DNA of 64,000 bases from a virus (taxonomy: Duplodnaviria > Heunggongvirae > Uroviricota > Caudoviricetes), in the IMG/VR virus record IMGVR_UViG_3300043395_001986, positions 109,308 through 173,307 of that record; one strand, written 5' to 3'. The notes beneath the pieces are model-generated. The model was given only the letters and a program-made list of their open reading frames with translations. It did no database searches and was not told the origin of the DNA. Each line of letters starts with the position of its first letter. Positions within the stretch are counted from its first letter, which is position 1. Position numbers and translations under genes: made by a program. This document shows positions 20,829 to 31,362 of this stretch, piece after piece.

Positions 20829-22952
20829 ATGGGATTTCCATTTTTATCAAACCTACCTGCAGAAATTGGTAACAAATTTTACAATGTACAAAACCTATGG
20901 GATAAAGGACCAAAACCTTATATCGCGTATAGAAGTGGTGCACAATGGACTACTGCTGCAACAGTCGGTAATGACCAATGGTTAACATTTAAGTATGATA
21001 ATGCAGCAGGTAAAAGACATCCTGTATCTATATTAGGATTGGAAGTTAAGGCAAGTGGTGCAAATGGTACATTAAGAAAAGCAGAAGTAACAATACAATT
21101 TCCAAATTATGATTATATAGATTCTGAACCTTGGAAAGATTTTTTTAGAATTGGAAATACAGCTGCAGTTGTATGGGGATGGACGTATAAAGGAAGTGGC
21201 GCCGGCAATATAGACGAAGCCGGAAAAGTTTTTAATAATGTAACGGAATGGAGAAATTATGTATCATCTAAAGGTTATGAACATGAAATTATGGTTGGTT
21301 TGATGACAAACTTCGAACTGACAGTAAATTCAAACGGAACTGTCACAGTCGTATTTCATATATCATCACCAAATGAATTACCTGGTACATTAAAATTAGG
21401 AAGAGCGGATGATGAAAATAGAGGGGCATTTAATAGTGATGAAAAGAAAGATAAATTACATAAAGTATTAAATGGATTAAATTATAGTCAGAAAGACTCC
21501 GCAAATAAAGCAGAATTAAAAGCAAATTCAATTAATTTTGATTTGCCTTGGTTAGATTTTACTTATGGCAATTCTGATGAACCATATGCATCATTAGATA
21601 TTATTATAAAATCAGTTGTAAATAATTTTAAAGCAATTGTAAACCCTCAATTTGAATTTACATTTGATATAAGTGATGCGGTTGCGAGAGGGCATGAGCA
21701 TATGATTAGTATAAGTGAAAATGTTATATTTCCAAACGCCAAAGCACCTGGATTCTCACGTGAAACAGATACGGATGGAAGTAGAATGGCAGTTCCAATA
21801 GTTAGTTCACTTCAAGATTTAACCATACTTAAAGGTGGTTCTACGGAAGTAAATTTTCCTGAACCAAAATCATTAACAATATCATCAACCGAAGGAAATA
21901 TACAATTTCCTGCATATAAAGCTGGGTATATAAAAAATATTTATATGCAAATAACTTGGGTTGAAGAAACATTAAAAACTTGTGATACTATTGCGGATTG
22001 GATTGAAAAGTTATGTGATGAATTAAGATATGCAAGTTGTGATTTAATGGATGTACATTTAAGCGAAAGACCAGATGTAAATGGAAAATTAATAACAACA
22101 TTAGTTGATTTTAATTTAACACCACCAAAAGCAGATGCGCAACCATTTAATCTAAACCCTAGAAAAGCCGGAAGTGGAATTACCGATATTAGTTTAACTA
22201 CCGATATGCCAAAACAAATGGCGGCACAGGCAGTAATGGGAGAATCGTTAGCTCAAAAAAAGACAGGCGGAGTTGAGGGTAATAATTTATTTGCAAAAAA
22301 AGAACCAGATGCAATTTTAGGACCATTTAAAGAAGAAAAAGCTAGAGGTGAAGCTATTAAATCATTACAAAAAAGTGGTAAAAAAAATCCAACAGAAGCA
22401 GAGATTAAAGCAGAACAAGAAAAATTAAAAAAACAAAAAGAAACAGAAGAAGCTGCAGCAAGAGAAGCAGCAGATGAAGTTGGGTTTTGGGATTCAATAG
22501 TTAATAGTGTTACATCAGCAGTTGCAAATATATTTAACGCACCGGTGGAAGCTCAAGTTAAAATAAAAACAACCAATAACAACGGAAAGGAATGGAAAAT
22601 AGAAGGATATGCAGGGGAAGGCAGTGGTTGGTCTGGAGATGGGAAAAGTGGTAGTAGTTTATTTCCAATATTTAAACACAGAGATGCCATTACAAATATA
22701 ATAAATGGTAGAGCAGCAAACGCACCTGCGGTATTTGATGGTTCATCAATGCTTACTAATTGTGAAGTAGAAATAAAAGCAGTAGGATTTGGTGGATTAA
22801 AAAATGGATATAGAATGCAAATAGAAGGAATGCCATTTGGGTTAAAAGATAGAGGATATTTTCAATTAACAACAATATCTCATACTGTCGATAATACAAA
22901 ATGGGAAGTTAATTGTAAAGCTAAATGGAGAGTAGTTAGAAAACAACCATAA
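20829..22952 (+). CDS. baseplate hub-like protein
   Basis: Position after the LysM gene; C-terminal G...G..FQLTTISHTVDNTKWEV motif. Confidence 0.55.
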   Translation: MGFPFLSNLPAEIGNKFYNVQNLWDKGPKPYIAYRSGAQWTTAATVGNDQWLTFKYDNAAGKRHPVSILGLEVKASGANGTLRKAEVTIQFPNYDYIDSEPWKDFFRIGNTAAVVWGWTYKGSGAGNIDEAGKVFNNVTEWRNYVSSKGYEHEIMVGLMTNFELTVNSNGTVTVVFHISSPNELPGTLKLGRADDENRGAFNSDEKKDKLHKVLNGLNYSQKDSANKAELKANSINFDLPWLDFTYGNSDEPYASLDIIIKSVVNNFKAIVNPQFEFTFDISDAVARGHEHMISISENVIFPNAKAPGFSRETDTDGSRMAVPIVSSLQDLTILKGGSTEVNFPEPKSLTISSTEGNIQFPAYKAGYIKNIYMQITWVEETLKTCDTIADWIEKLCDELRYASCDLMDVHLSERPDVNGKLITTLVDFNLTPPKADAQPFNLNPRKAGSGITDISLTTDMPKQMAAQAVMGESLAQKKTGGVEGNNLFAKKEPDAILGPFKEEKARGEAIKSLQKSGKKNPTEAEIKAEQEKLKKQKETEEAAAREAADEVGFWDSIVNSVTSAVANIFNAPVEAQVKIKTTNNNGKEWKIEGYAGEGSGWSGDGKSGSSLFPIFKHRDAITNIINGRAANAPAVFDGSSMLTNCEVEIKAVGFGGLKNGYRMQIEGMPFGLKDRGYFQLTTISHTVDNTKWEVNCKAKWRVVRKQP

Positions 22953-22961
22953 AAAATTAAT

Positions 22962-23345
22962 ATGGATTTAGTAAAAGCATATAAGAAATTAGCAGGTAGA
23001 CAAGAACTAAATGTAATAGATGCCTATCATCCTAATCCAATTTCGGAGGATTATAAAATTGGATATATTGATAGATTTTTTGTAAGAGCAGGAAATCAAT
23101 CAAATGGAATAATAACTGAAATAGCTCCGAAATTATTTGATAAACTGCAATCGGATAAACGATTTATTACAGCTAGATTAAGATGGAAAATATCAGGACC
23201 ATATGAAACTATTTTTAATGAAGATGGTTCTGTTAAAGAATTTGGAATAATTCACGCAAACAAACGCTCAATAGAATTAGCAAAAAAAAGTATACCAAAT
23301 ATAGATACCTTTTTAGTTGATTATACAAAATTTTATAAAAAATAA
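22962..23345 (+). CDS. hypothetical (probable baseplate) protein
   Basis: 127-aa ORF contiguous with the tail operon. Confidence 0.6.
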   Translation: MDLVKAYKKLAGRQELNVIDAYHPNPISEDYKIGYIDRFFVRAGNQSNGIITEIAPKLFDKLQSDKRFITARLRWKISGPYETIFNEDGSVKEFGIIHANKRSIELAKKSIPNIDTFLVDYTKFYKK

Positions 23346-23396
23346 TTACTTCTAAAAACAATTTTATATATTTATATATACAACAATAAATTAGTT

Positions 23397-24179
23397 ATGG
23401 CAAATTTTAAACATTTAACAGATTTGGAAATCCAACAAATGACCTTTGATTGGAGATACAGAGGATTTACGGTCCTAGAATTATTAACAGAAGAACAAGT
23501 AGATGAGATTAATGATGAGTTAGAAAGACTTCGCCAAGAAAGAATAGGCACTACTACCGAAGACGGTAAAGAATGGGGAGAGTGGGACCCGTTTGCATAT
23601 CCACATAAACTATCAGCAAAGTTAGAAGCTCTATTTGCACATCCAAAAGTTTTGGAAGCGGTAGAATTTTTAATGGAAGGTGAAATTCAAGGTATGCAAA
23701 GTTGGTGTTACTTTAAACCACCAGGACAATTAGGTAGAGACCAACATCAAAACGCATTTTATACACAATGTGGTCACAATGAAATTATTAACACAGCATT
23801 AGCTTTAGATAATCACGATCCTGAAAATGGTGCAGTATGGAACTACGAAGGTTCACATAGATTGCCAGTTTTACCAATAGAAGTGGATGAGGAAAGAACA
23901 AAAACTAATCCAACATTTTGGAGAAACGAAAGAGGTAAACCTTGTGTAATGCCAGAAGGACATGATTTCCGTAAAGTAGAAGGATATTTAAGAAAAGGAC
24001 AAATAGTGTTGTTACATTCACATTGTGTACATGGTTCAGAAGCAAATAACTCAAATAGAATGAGAAGAAACTTTTTAGGTGGATACTTAAAGAAAGGTGC
24101 AAATTTTTCAACCGGTAGTCATATGAAAAGAGAACCAATTGATATGTACGAATTAAGAAAAAAACATTGGGGAGAATAA
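23397..24179 (+). CDS. PhyH-family Fe(II)/2-oxoglutarate dioxygenase
   Basis: YFKPPG...HQN...ALD.....NG.....GSH...HGS..N.S...RR pattern. Confidence 0.85.
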   Translation: MANFKHLTDLEIQQMTFDWRYRGFTVLELLTEEQVDEINDELERLRQERIGTTTEDGKEWGEWDPFAYPHKLSAKLEALFAHPKVLEAVEFLMEGEIQGMQSWCYFKPPGQLGRDQHQNAFYTQCGHNEIINTALALDNHDPENGAVWNYEGSHRLPVLPIEVDEERTKTNPTFWRNERGKPCVMPEGHDFRKVEGYLRKGQIVLLHSHCVHGSEANNSNRMRRNFLGGYLKKGANFSTGSHMKREPIDMYELRKKHWGE

Positions 24180-24189
24180 AAAATAGATT

Positions 24190-24218
24190 GGGGAGTTTAA
24201 ATACTCCCTTTTTTATTT
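24190..24218 (+). terminator. intrinsic terminator
   Basis: GGGAGT-TTAAAT-ACTCCC followed by a T-run. Confidence 0.75.
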
Positions 24219-24251
24219 TGTTTTGTCACAAAAATTTACTATATTTGTGAC

Positions 24252-25622
24252 ATGATTTTTGTAGAAGATATAGATAGTTTGCAGGCACTTAAAGTAAAAT
24301 GGTTATCCGAAGATTGTGTAATATACCCACAATGGTCAGATAATAAACTGCATTTTTCTGAAAATAGATTATCATTCATTGTATTTTATTTTAATCAATC
24401 ATCGCAATATTACATCGTCAATATAAACCATACTGATTGTTTAGGTATGAAAATAGAAGGGTTAGACTTTTTGAATGAAAAACAAATTGGAAACCTAAAT
24501 AGAATTATTTATTGGTTTAAAGAATTTTCTCAATTATATGATATTGATAACGGAATAGATGCCGATATTTTACATATGTGTTCATTTGGTAAAGTAGCGG
24601 AGGAATATCAAATACCAAAACCATACTATAAAGATTTAGTAAATATAAATGATTCAGTTCCAATTTCAAAACAACTAGAACAAATCAAATCATTAATGCA
24701 AATATATCACACTTGCACAACTTGGAAAACATTTATAAGTGTTAAAGAATTTAGTAAATATGTAAAAGCATTTGGTGAAATAGAAAAAAATGGAATATAT
24801 GTTGATGAAGAAATATCACAACAAAGAGAAGGCAAAAGAAATCAAGATGGTTTAGTGTTTTCATCCTATAATTTTTTAACATCAACATTAAGACCTTCTA
24901 ATACATTCGGAGGAACAAACTTTTCAGCTCTTAATAAAAATACTGGAATTCGTAAGCACTTTACAAGTAGATATGGAAACGATGGTAGAATTCTAAATAT
25001 AGATTTTGTGTCCTATCATCCTCGTATTTTAGCAAATATATTTGTTGACCTATTTAAAAAACACCCAAATAGATTTTCATCACATTATTCAACAATTGAT
25101 GAAAATACAAACATATATAATTGGATTCAAAGCCAATCCATTGCTTTAAATGATATAACATATGATGAAATGAAAGTTTTAACCTTTCAACAAATATATG
25201 GTGGTATAGATGCTGAAATGAAAGAGATACCATTTTTTAATGATATTGCATTATTTACTGAAAAATTATTAGAAAATATAGATGGAAGAGGTATAGTAGA
25301 AAGTAGAATATTTAAATTACCATTGAGAGTAGTTGAATTTGGCAAAGCGATTTCGGGAACAAAAGCATTTAATTATTACATTCAGGCATTAGAAACCGAA
25401 ATAAATGTTGAAAAAATTAAAAAGGTAGTTGAGTTGTTAAGAGGTAAAAAAACAAAATTAATATTATATACATATGATGCCTTAACTTTTGATATTTATA
25501 AAGAAGAAACATATTTATTAAAAGAAATAGAAAGTATTTTAAAAGAAGGAGCATATCCTATTAAAGTTACAATCGGAAAAAATTATCAAGAGCAAAATGA
25601 ACTTAACACAAGAAAATCTTAA
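24252..25622 (+). CDS. family-A DNA polymerase-like protein (polymerase domain, divergent)
   Basis: Motif A IDFVSYHPRIL; motif B MKVLTFQQIYG; motif C YTYDALTFD; PSNTFGGTNFSALNK segment. Confidence 0.75.
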   Translation: MIFVEDIDSLQALKVKWLSEDCVIYPQWSDNKLHFSENRLSFIVFYFNQSSQYYIVNINHTDCLGMKIEGLDFLNEKQIGNLNRIIYWFKEFSQLYDIDNGIDADILHMCSFGKVAEEYQIPKPYYKDLVNINDSVPISKQLEQIKSLMQIYHTCTTWKTFISVKEFSKYVKAFGEIEKNGIYVDEEISQQREGKRNQDGLVFSSYNFLTSTLRPSNTFGGTNFSALNKNTGIRKHFTSRYGNDGRILNIDFVSYHPRILANIFVDLFKKHPNRFSSHYSTIDENTNIYNWIQSQSIALNDITYDEMKVLTFQQIYGGIDAEMKEIPFFNDIALFTEKLLENIDGRGIVESRIFKLPLRVVEFGKAISGTKAFNYYIQALETEINVEKIKKVVELLRGKKTKLILYTYDALTFDIYKEETYLLKEIESILKEGAYPIKVTIGKNYQEQNELNTRKS

Positions 25623-28098
25623 TCAATTATTAGAAGATATTTTATTGGAATTAAGTGTGGAAGTTGGTGTAGTTGATTTGACTAACGAAGAACACTTAAA
25701 TAAATTAAAAACTCATTTATATAGAAATGGGTTAATGGAATTTATCGAGCTTTTACCAGAAGGAGTACAACATATTGTTGATGAAGCAGATGATAATAAG
25801 ATAGATAAAGTTCTTAAAATGAAAGTAAGTGGTGCCTTTGGTAAACAGGTTACTGTCGCAACTGCATTAGGTTATGAAAAAGATGATGACTTTGCAAAAA
25901 GCAACCTAAAAAGGTCAGCAAATAGAGCAGCTAAAGCATTATTAAGAACTAATAAAATTAAAATGGATGATTTGGATTTCGTAGATGCTCCAGAAAGAGA
26001 AAGCGAACCAAATATTTTTAGTAAAGAAAAGCAACCATCTAAAACTAAAAAACAAGAACCAAAACCAGAAGAACCTAAAAAAACAAAACCTACTGATAAA
26101 CCACAACCATCTGCTCAAAATCAAAAAGCAGGAGATAGTAGTTCATTTAAAGCTGCGTTTGCTTCAACCACAAAACAAAAAGGTGATAAAATAGATTCAA
26201 CATTATCCGATAAAGCAAAAGAATCGGGTAAAGCATTAGATATATGTGCTGAAAAATCTGCAAAAGTAGCTGCATCACGTGGTGTTAAAGTTAAGAAAGG
26301 ATTTATTTATTTAGAAAATGAAAAGGGCTCTAACAAATATGTTGAGGTAAATGTTAATGATTTAAAGAAAGCATTGGCAACATTATTTGCAGGTGGTAAA
26401 TTAGATGCTGCACAAAGAAAATTATTAAATCAAACAACCAAATTTGTAACAAATCCTGAAAACGGAGATGTTAAAATGTATTTTACAAGAACAGCAATCG
26501 GAAGACATCCACAACAAGGATATGAAAGTATCCAATTGGCAGCGGATAATTTACCAATGGTTAATGCAGTTAAAGAATTTGCTTTAAAAAATGGATTAAA
26601 TGTAGGTAAATCATCAGAAGGAGCAATTGGTAAAAAAGTATTTACTCCTTTAAAAATGGTACAAGCAGTAAACCCATCACAGCCAGAATCTAAATTAGAT
26701 ATAGCAGAACAAAAAGATGGTAGTGTTAAGGTTGGTAATGTGATGATGAAAAAAATGAAAATTCCTGATGTTAAAAAATTGGCACAGGCATTGGTTGATA
26801 AAGGATTGGATAAAACAGAAGCAGCTAGACAAGCAAAATATACTGTCAATCAAATTAAAGCATATAATGGAAGATTAGATGATTTAGTAACTGCAAGAAA
26901 AGATGCTGAAAAAGAAGGTAAACCTTTAACTATGGTGAACTTTGGAGATGTAACCACAGCAGAAGGAAGAAGAAAAGTGGCTAGCTCTTTATTAGAAGGT
27001 GTTACTAAAAACTTTAAAAATGAATTAGATAAATACGCAAAAGAATTTGGTAAAGATGATTTAACAAAAACTCCTGAAAATAAAGCAATATTTAAAACAT
27101 TAGAAGAGCTAAAAACGTTTAATCAAAAATACGATTTACAAACAGATGAGGGAGCAAGAAGAGCGTATAAAAAGAAATTAGATGAATTGTTATTAAATAT
27201 GGCAAATTCACCTGACTTTAAAGATTCTGTTGCGGATTTTACAGAATTAAAAGCAGGTTTACAATTCTTATCAGAAGGCAAACAGGTATTATTCCCATCA
27301 TCTGAAAATTTCAAAACAGCAGATATTATTGTATTACCAGATGATATAGATGTAAAACCTAAAAAGGGTGAAACAATAGAACAAGCTATAGCTAAAAATT
27401 TACAATTCTACAATGTATCATTAACATATGTTGGTGGGTTGAGTGTTAAGTATAAAGGAGGTGGCGGTTCAGCAGGTATTCCTAAAATTATGATGACAGA
27501 ATACAAACACCCAAATACTAAAAAAGAAATGTTAGCTGTGCAAGATATATATGGTTTAGCATATCCTAAAAATAAAGATGAGCAACAAAACATATCCGAT
27601 GGAGCATTGAAACAGGCCGAAGGTAAACTTAAAAAGTTTGTTGATTATGCAGTTAAAGCTGGTATAATTACAGCAGAAGAAGCTAAAAAGGCAATGACAA
27701 TTGGTACTGCAATTGGTACTAACATGGGTGATAAATTAACCAAAGCAGGTGTAGCAGCGTGTGGTGGTGCAAAGGGAGTTAAGAACTTTAAAAGAGCATT
27801 ACAATTACATCACTCTATGATGCATCTAACGGCATTGATTAATAATAGAGATATGGATTATACCAGATTTTCAAACTTTAATGAAGAAATTTCTGTAAAT
27901 AAAGATTCAATCGCAACAGCAGTTAAAGATGATATAGCAGATGGTGTAAGTACACCTTGTTATATGAGTCCACATCACGATCCTGGATTCACAATATCAG
28001 CAAGTAAAAAGACGGGATGTAAAGCGGCAGCACCAACAAACCAAAATCCATCACACATTGTGTCAGAAGAACCTGATTTATTAAAAAGAAAAGTATAA
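25597..28098 (+). CDS. large Lys-rich hypothetical protein, possible PD-(D/E)XK-like domain
   Basis: 833 aa with a K/P/E linker; TADIIVL...LSVKYKGG resembles a restriction-endonuclease-fold motif. Confidence 0.55.
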   Translation: MNLTQENLNQLLEDILLELSVEVGVVDLTNEEHLNKLKTHLYRNGLMEFIELLPEGVQHIVDEADDNKIDKVLKMKVSGAFGKQVTVATALGYEKDDDFAKSNLKRSANRAAKALLRTNKIKMDDLDFVDAPERESEPNIFSKEKQPSKTKKQEPKPEEPKKTKPTDKPQPSAQNQKAGDSSSFKAAFASTTKQKGDKIDSTLSDKAKESGKALDICAEKSAKVAASRGVKVKKGFIYLENEKGSNKYVEVNVNDLKKALATLFAGGKLDAAQRKLLNQTTKFVTNPENGDVKMYFTRTAIGRHPQQGYESIQLAADNLPMVNAVKEFALKNGLNVGKSSEGAIGKKVFTPLKMVQAVNPSQPESKLDIAEQKDGSVKVGNVMMKKMKIPDVKKLAQALVDKGLDKTEAARQAKYTVNQIKAYNGRLDDLVTARKDAEKEGKPLTMVNFGDVTTAEGRRKVASSLLEGVTKNFKNELDKYAKEFGKDDLTKTPENKAIFKTLEELKTFNQKYDLQTDEGARRAYKKKLDELLLNMANSPDFKDSVADFTELKAGLQFLSEGKQVLFPSSENFKTADIIVLPDDIDVKPKKGETIEQAIAKNLQFYNVSLTYVGGLSVKYKGGGGSAGIPKIMMTEYKHPNTKKEMLAVQDIYGLAYPKNKDEQQNISDGALKQAEGKLKKFVDYAVKAGIITAEEAKKAMTIGTAIGTNMGDKLTKAGVAACGGAKGVKNFKRALQLHHSMMHLTALINNRDMDYTRFSNFNEEISVNKDSIATAVKDDIADGVSTPCYMSPHHDPGFTISASKKTGCKAAAPTNQNPSHIVSEEPDLLKRKV

Positions 28099-28496
28099 TG
28101 GAAATGAAAACGCAGTTACTATGTACATTTACAGATAAAGTTGGTTATAAAGAAGTAATAGAAACAATTAAAAATAATTTCCAAATTGCTTTTAATTATA
28201 TTTACGTTCTTCAAAATAAAGAACTACCAAACGAATTATACATAACTTACAATATAGTAAGTGAAGATATTACTAATAAAATAAATCTAAAAACTATTTT
28301 AGTTCATAGAAAAAAACATAGTAATACTTTATACACAATTAATGCTCTTAATCAATTAGTCGTTGAGTTAAATGGAGCATTAGACCCACACTTCCAAATT
28401 GATTGGGAAAAATATAAGAATTGTATATTAGTAACAAACACAGAAGGGGTTAAAAAAATTAGCACTAGAATTTTTGATATTATCGAAATAAAATAG
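28098..28496 (+). CDS. conserved phage hypothetical protein
   Basis: 132-aa ORF coupled to the previous gene. Confidence 0.7.
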   Translation: MEMKTQLLCTFTDKVGYKEVIETIKNNFQIAFNYIYVLQNKELPNELYITYNIVSEDITNKINLKTILVHRKKHSNTLYTINALNQLVVELNGALDPHFQIDWEKYKNCILVTNTEGVKKISTRIFDIIEIK

Positions 28497-28524
28497 TATA
28501 TTTGTAAAAATATATTACTAAACG

Positions 28525-28914
28525 ATGAATAACAAAGAACAAGTATCACTTAATCAAATTTTCCAAGAACTGGAAAATGAATCCGCTATTCAATATTGTG
28601 AGAGAGAATATCCCCAGATGATGGAGGAGTTTAAAAAAATTCAATCAGAAATGTATGAAACATTCTGTAAGAAACAAAGGAATTATGGCCCTGGAAATAT
28701 TTCAGTTGGAACACCACTTACAACAAAAGAAGATGTAAAACTTTCTCTAACAGGTCTTTGGTTTAGAATTAATGATAAGGTTCAAAGATTAAAGCAATTG
28801 ATAGTATTAGGTCAACCTGATGAAGTGGGTGAATCAATACAAGATACATATCAGGACCTATCCGTATATGGTATTATAGCACAATTAGTACAAAGAGGTA
28901 AATGGGCAAAATAA
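28525..28914 (+). CDS. nucleotide-modification-associated domain (Nmad1/DUF1599-like) protein
   Basis: KKQRNYGPGNI...GLWFRINDKVQRL...ESIQDTYQDLSVYGIIA. Confidence 0.7.
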   Translation: MNNKEQVSLNQIFQELENESAIQYCEREYPQMMEEFKKIQSEMYETFCKKQRNYGPGNISVGTPLTTKEDVKLSLTGLWFRINDKVQRLKQLIVLGQPDEVGESIQDTYQDLSVYGIIAQLVQRGKWAK

Positions 28915-28915
28915 A

Positions 28916-29260
28916 ATGAATTTAGTTAAAATATTACAATCATTCATCCTTTTTATGTTGGGTGGATTTGGACATTGGTATATAATGTATTGGCAATTCA
29001 AAATGTCAAATTGGATAAAAACACCATATCCTTATGTTATTGCAGTTATTTGTACTTGGTTATGGATAAAAGCAAGTGAATATGGTGTAGCCGGATTTAA
29101 TGGTAGTATGTGGAGTAATAGATTTTTATTCTTCGTGACGGGCGTATTTGTTGGAATGGTACTATATCCATATCATTACCATCAGCCGTTTACCCTTAAA
29201 GTATTAGTGCAAGTCCTTCTGGCATTGGCTATTATAGGGGTGTCAATTTTATGGAAATAA
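28916..29260 (+). CDS. small membrane protein
   Basis: About four hydrophobic segments in 114 aa. Confidence 0.7.
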   Translation: MNLVKILQSFILFMLGGFGHWYIMYWQFKMSNWIKTPYPYVIAVICTWLWIKASEYGVAGFNGSMWSNRFLFFVTGVFVGMVLYPYHYHQPFTLKVLVQVLLALAIIGVSILWK

Positions 29261-29262
29261 AT

Positions 29263-29293
29263 TTGGAAAATTCAAATATTAGTCGTATATTTG
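29263..29293 (+). promoter_or_regulatory. Bacteroidota-type sigma-A promoter
   Basis: TTTG (-33) followed by TATATTTG (-7) upstream of the SSB gene. Confidence 0.75.
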
Positions 29294-29370
29294 TATAGGT
29301 TTTTGATATTTATAGATGGTTATAGCTATAAACCATAAACCTTAATTTTAAACTTTAAAACTTAAACAGC

Positions 29371-30216
29371 ATGAACATCAATGCAATCAAGGCTCGTCTG
29401 AATGCCTTACAAAACAACACAAAAAAATCAGACTCTCTTTGGAAGCCAGCACCTGGCAAATACATAGTTCGAATTGTTCCTTACAAATTTAACAAAGACA
29501 ATCCATTTATTGAACTATTTTTTCACTACAACATTAACAACAAAACTTATTTGAGTCCTATCTCTTTTGGTAGACCTGACCCAATCGTAGAGTTTGCAGA
29601 AAAACTTAAGAAATTAGGCGATACTGAAAACTGGAAAGCGGGTAAAAAGATGGAGCCAAAATTAAGAACTTTCTGTCCAATTTTAGTAAGAGGGCAAGAA
29701 AATGAAGGAGTTAAGTTTTGGGGATTTGGTAAGACCGTTTATGAGGAAATTTTAGCAATCATTGCTGACCCTGATTATGGTGATATTACTGACCCAATTA
29801 GTGGTAGAGATATTGTAGTAGAAGTATTAGATGGTGCGGAAATTGGTAAGAGCTACAACGAAACTCGTATCAGAGTAAAGCCAAATCAAACTAAACTTTC
29901 TGAAAATCAAGAAGTGGTATCTAAAGCATTAGATAATCAAAAAGAGATTACAGAAATTTATTCGGAATTAACTTACGCTGAATTAAAAGGTATTTTAGAA
30001 AATTGGTTAGACCCATCAAAAGCAGCAACTGACGAAGAAGCAGTAGAAGAAGAAATTGCAGCACAACCTGCTATTTCAAAACCTACAACAGCAGTAGCAG
30101 AAACCTTACAACCTACACCAAAAAAGGTAGATGAAATTAATGACCTACCTTGGGAAAAGGAAGAAGCTAAATCTACAAAAGATGATGTAGCAGCAGCGTT
30201 TGATGATTTATTTTAA
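29371..30216 (+). CDS. single-stranded DNA-binding protein (T4 gp32-like)
   Basis: WKP..GK..VRIVP, GRDI motif and acidic C-terminal tail ending AFDDLF. Confidence 0.85.
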   Translation: MNINAIKARLNALQNNTKKSDSLWKPAPGKYIVRIVPYKFNKDNPFIELFFHYNINNKTYLSPISFGRPDPIVEFAEKLKKLGDTENWKAGKKMEPKLRTFCPILVRGQENEGVKFWGFGKTVYEEILAIIADPDYGDITDPISGRDIVVEVLDGAEIGKSYNETRIRVKPNQTKLSENQEVVSKALDNQKEITEIYSELTYAELKGILENWLDPSKAATDEEAVEEEIAAQPAISKPTTAVAETLQPTPKKVDEINDLPWEKEEAKSTKDDVAAAFDDLF

Positions 30217-30233
30217 TAACAAAAATTTTCTAA

Positions 30234-31361
30234 ATGGCAAAAATAAGTAAACAGGAAGACTTAGCAAGTGTACTTGCAGATTCCTTAAATAAAAAATGGA
30301 AAGACCAAAAGGTAGCATTCTTTTTAGATGATGACTCCGATGGAGCACCAACGAATGTAAACGGATGGATTTCTACCGGTACTGCAATGCTAGACGTTGC
30401 AATATCAAACAGACCTTATGGTGGTTTGCCAGTTGGAAGAATTACTGAAATTACCGGTTTAGAGCAGAGTGGAAAATCTCTGCTCTCTGCCCATCTTTTA
30501 GCTGAAACACAAAAGCAAGGTGGGGTTGCAGTATTAATTGATACTGAAACTGCGGTAAGTAGAGAGTTCTTCGATGCAATTGGAGTAGATGTATCTAAAT
30601 TACTTTATGTAAGTGTAGACACAGTCGAAGATATATTTGAAACTATTGATACAATCATTGAAAAAGTTAGAACTTCTGATAAAGATAAAATAGTTACAAT
30701 CGTAGTCGATTCAGTAGCAGCAGCATCTACAAAGAAAGAGATGGAAGCTGATTATGAAAAAGACGGTTACGCAACTGATAAAGCTATTATCATTTCAAAA
30801 GCAATGAGAAAGATTACCAATGTAATCGGTAGACAGAAAATTGCAGTTATCTTCACAAACCAATTAAGACAAAAGTTAGGAGTAATGTTCGGTGACCCTT
30901 GGACTACATCGGGCGGTAAAGCATTAGCATTCCACGCTTCAGTTCGTATTCGTTTAAAGAATATGGGACAGATAAAAGCGGGCGATAAAATTATCGGCAT
31001 CAAAGTAAGAGCACAGGTAATTAAAAATCGTTTAGGACCACCATTGCGTTCTGCTGATTTCGATATCTACTTTGATAGTGGTATTGATAATTATGGCGGA
31101 TGGCTAAAGGTAATGAAAGATAGTAAGTTAGTAAAACAAGCTGGTGCATGGTATGAATATATTGATACCGATAGCGGTGAAATTATCAAATTCCAATCTA
31201 AAGATTTCATTTCTTTACTGATGGATAAAGAGGAAATTAAAGAACAAATTTATAAAAAAATCTGCGAATCAACTATCTTACAATATAAGAAAGGAGGAAT
31301 CGACCCAGATGCAGTAGAATACGCAAATGGAGATGATTTCGCAGGAGGTTTAGAAGATTAG
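30234..31361 (+). CDS. recA: RecA/UvsX recombinase
   Basis: GRITEITGLEQSGKS Walker A; VVDSVAA; TNQLR; SGGKALAFHASVRIRL. Confidence 0.95.
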   Translation: MAKISKQEDLASVLADSLNKKWKDQKVAFFLDDDSDGAPTNVNGWISTGTAMLDVAISNRPYGGLPVGRITEITGLEQSGKSLLSAHLLAETQKQGGVAVLIDTETAVSREFFDAIGVDVSKLLYVSVDTVEDIFETIDTIIEKVRTSDKDKIVTIVVDSVAAASTKKEMEADYEKDGYATDKAIIISKAMRKITNVIGRQKIAVIFTNQLRQKLGVMFGDPWTTSGGKALAFHASVRIRLKNMGQIKAGDKIIGIKVRAQVIKNRLGPPLRSADFDIYFDSGIDNYGGWLKVMKDSKLVKQAGAWYEYIDTDSGEIIKFQSKDFISLLMDKEEIKEQIYKKICESTILQYKKGGIDPDAVEYANGDDFAGGLED

Positions 31362-31362
31362 T

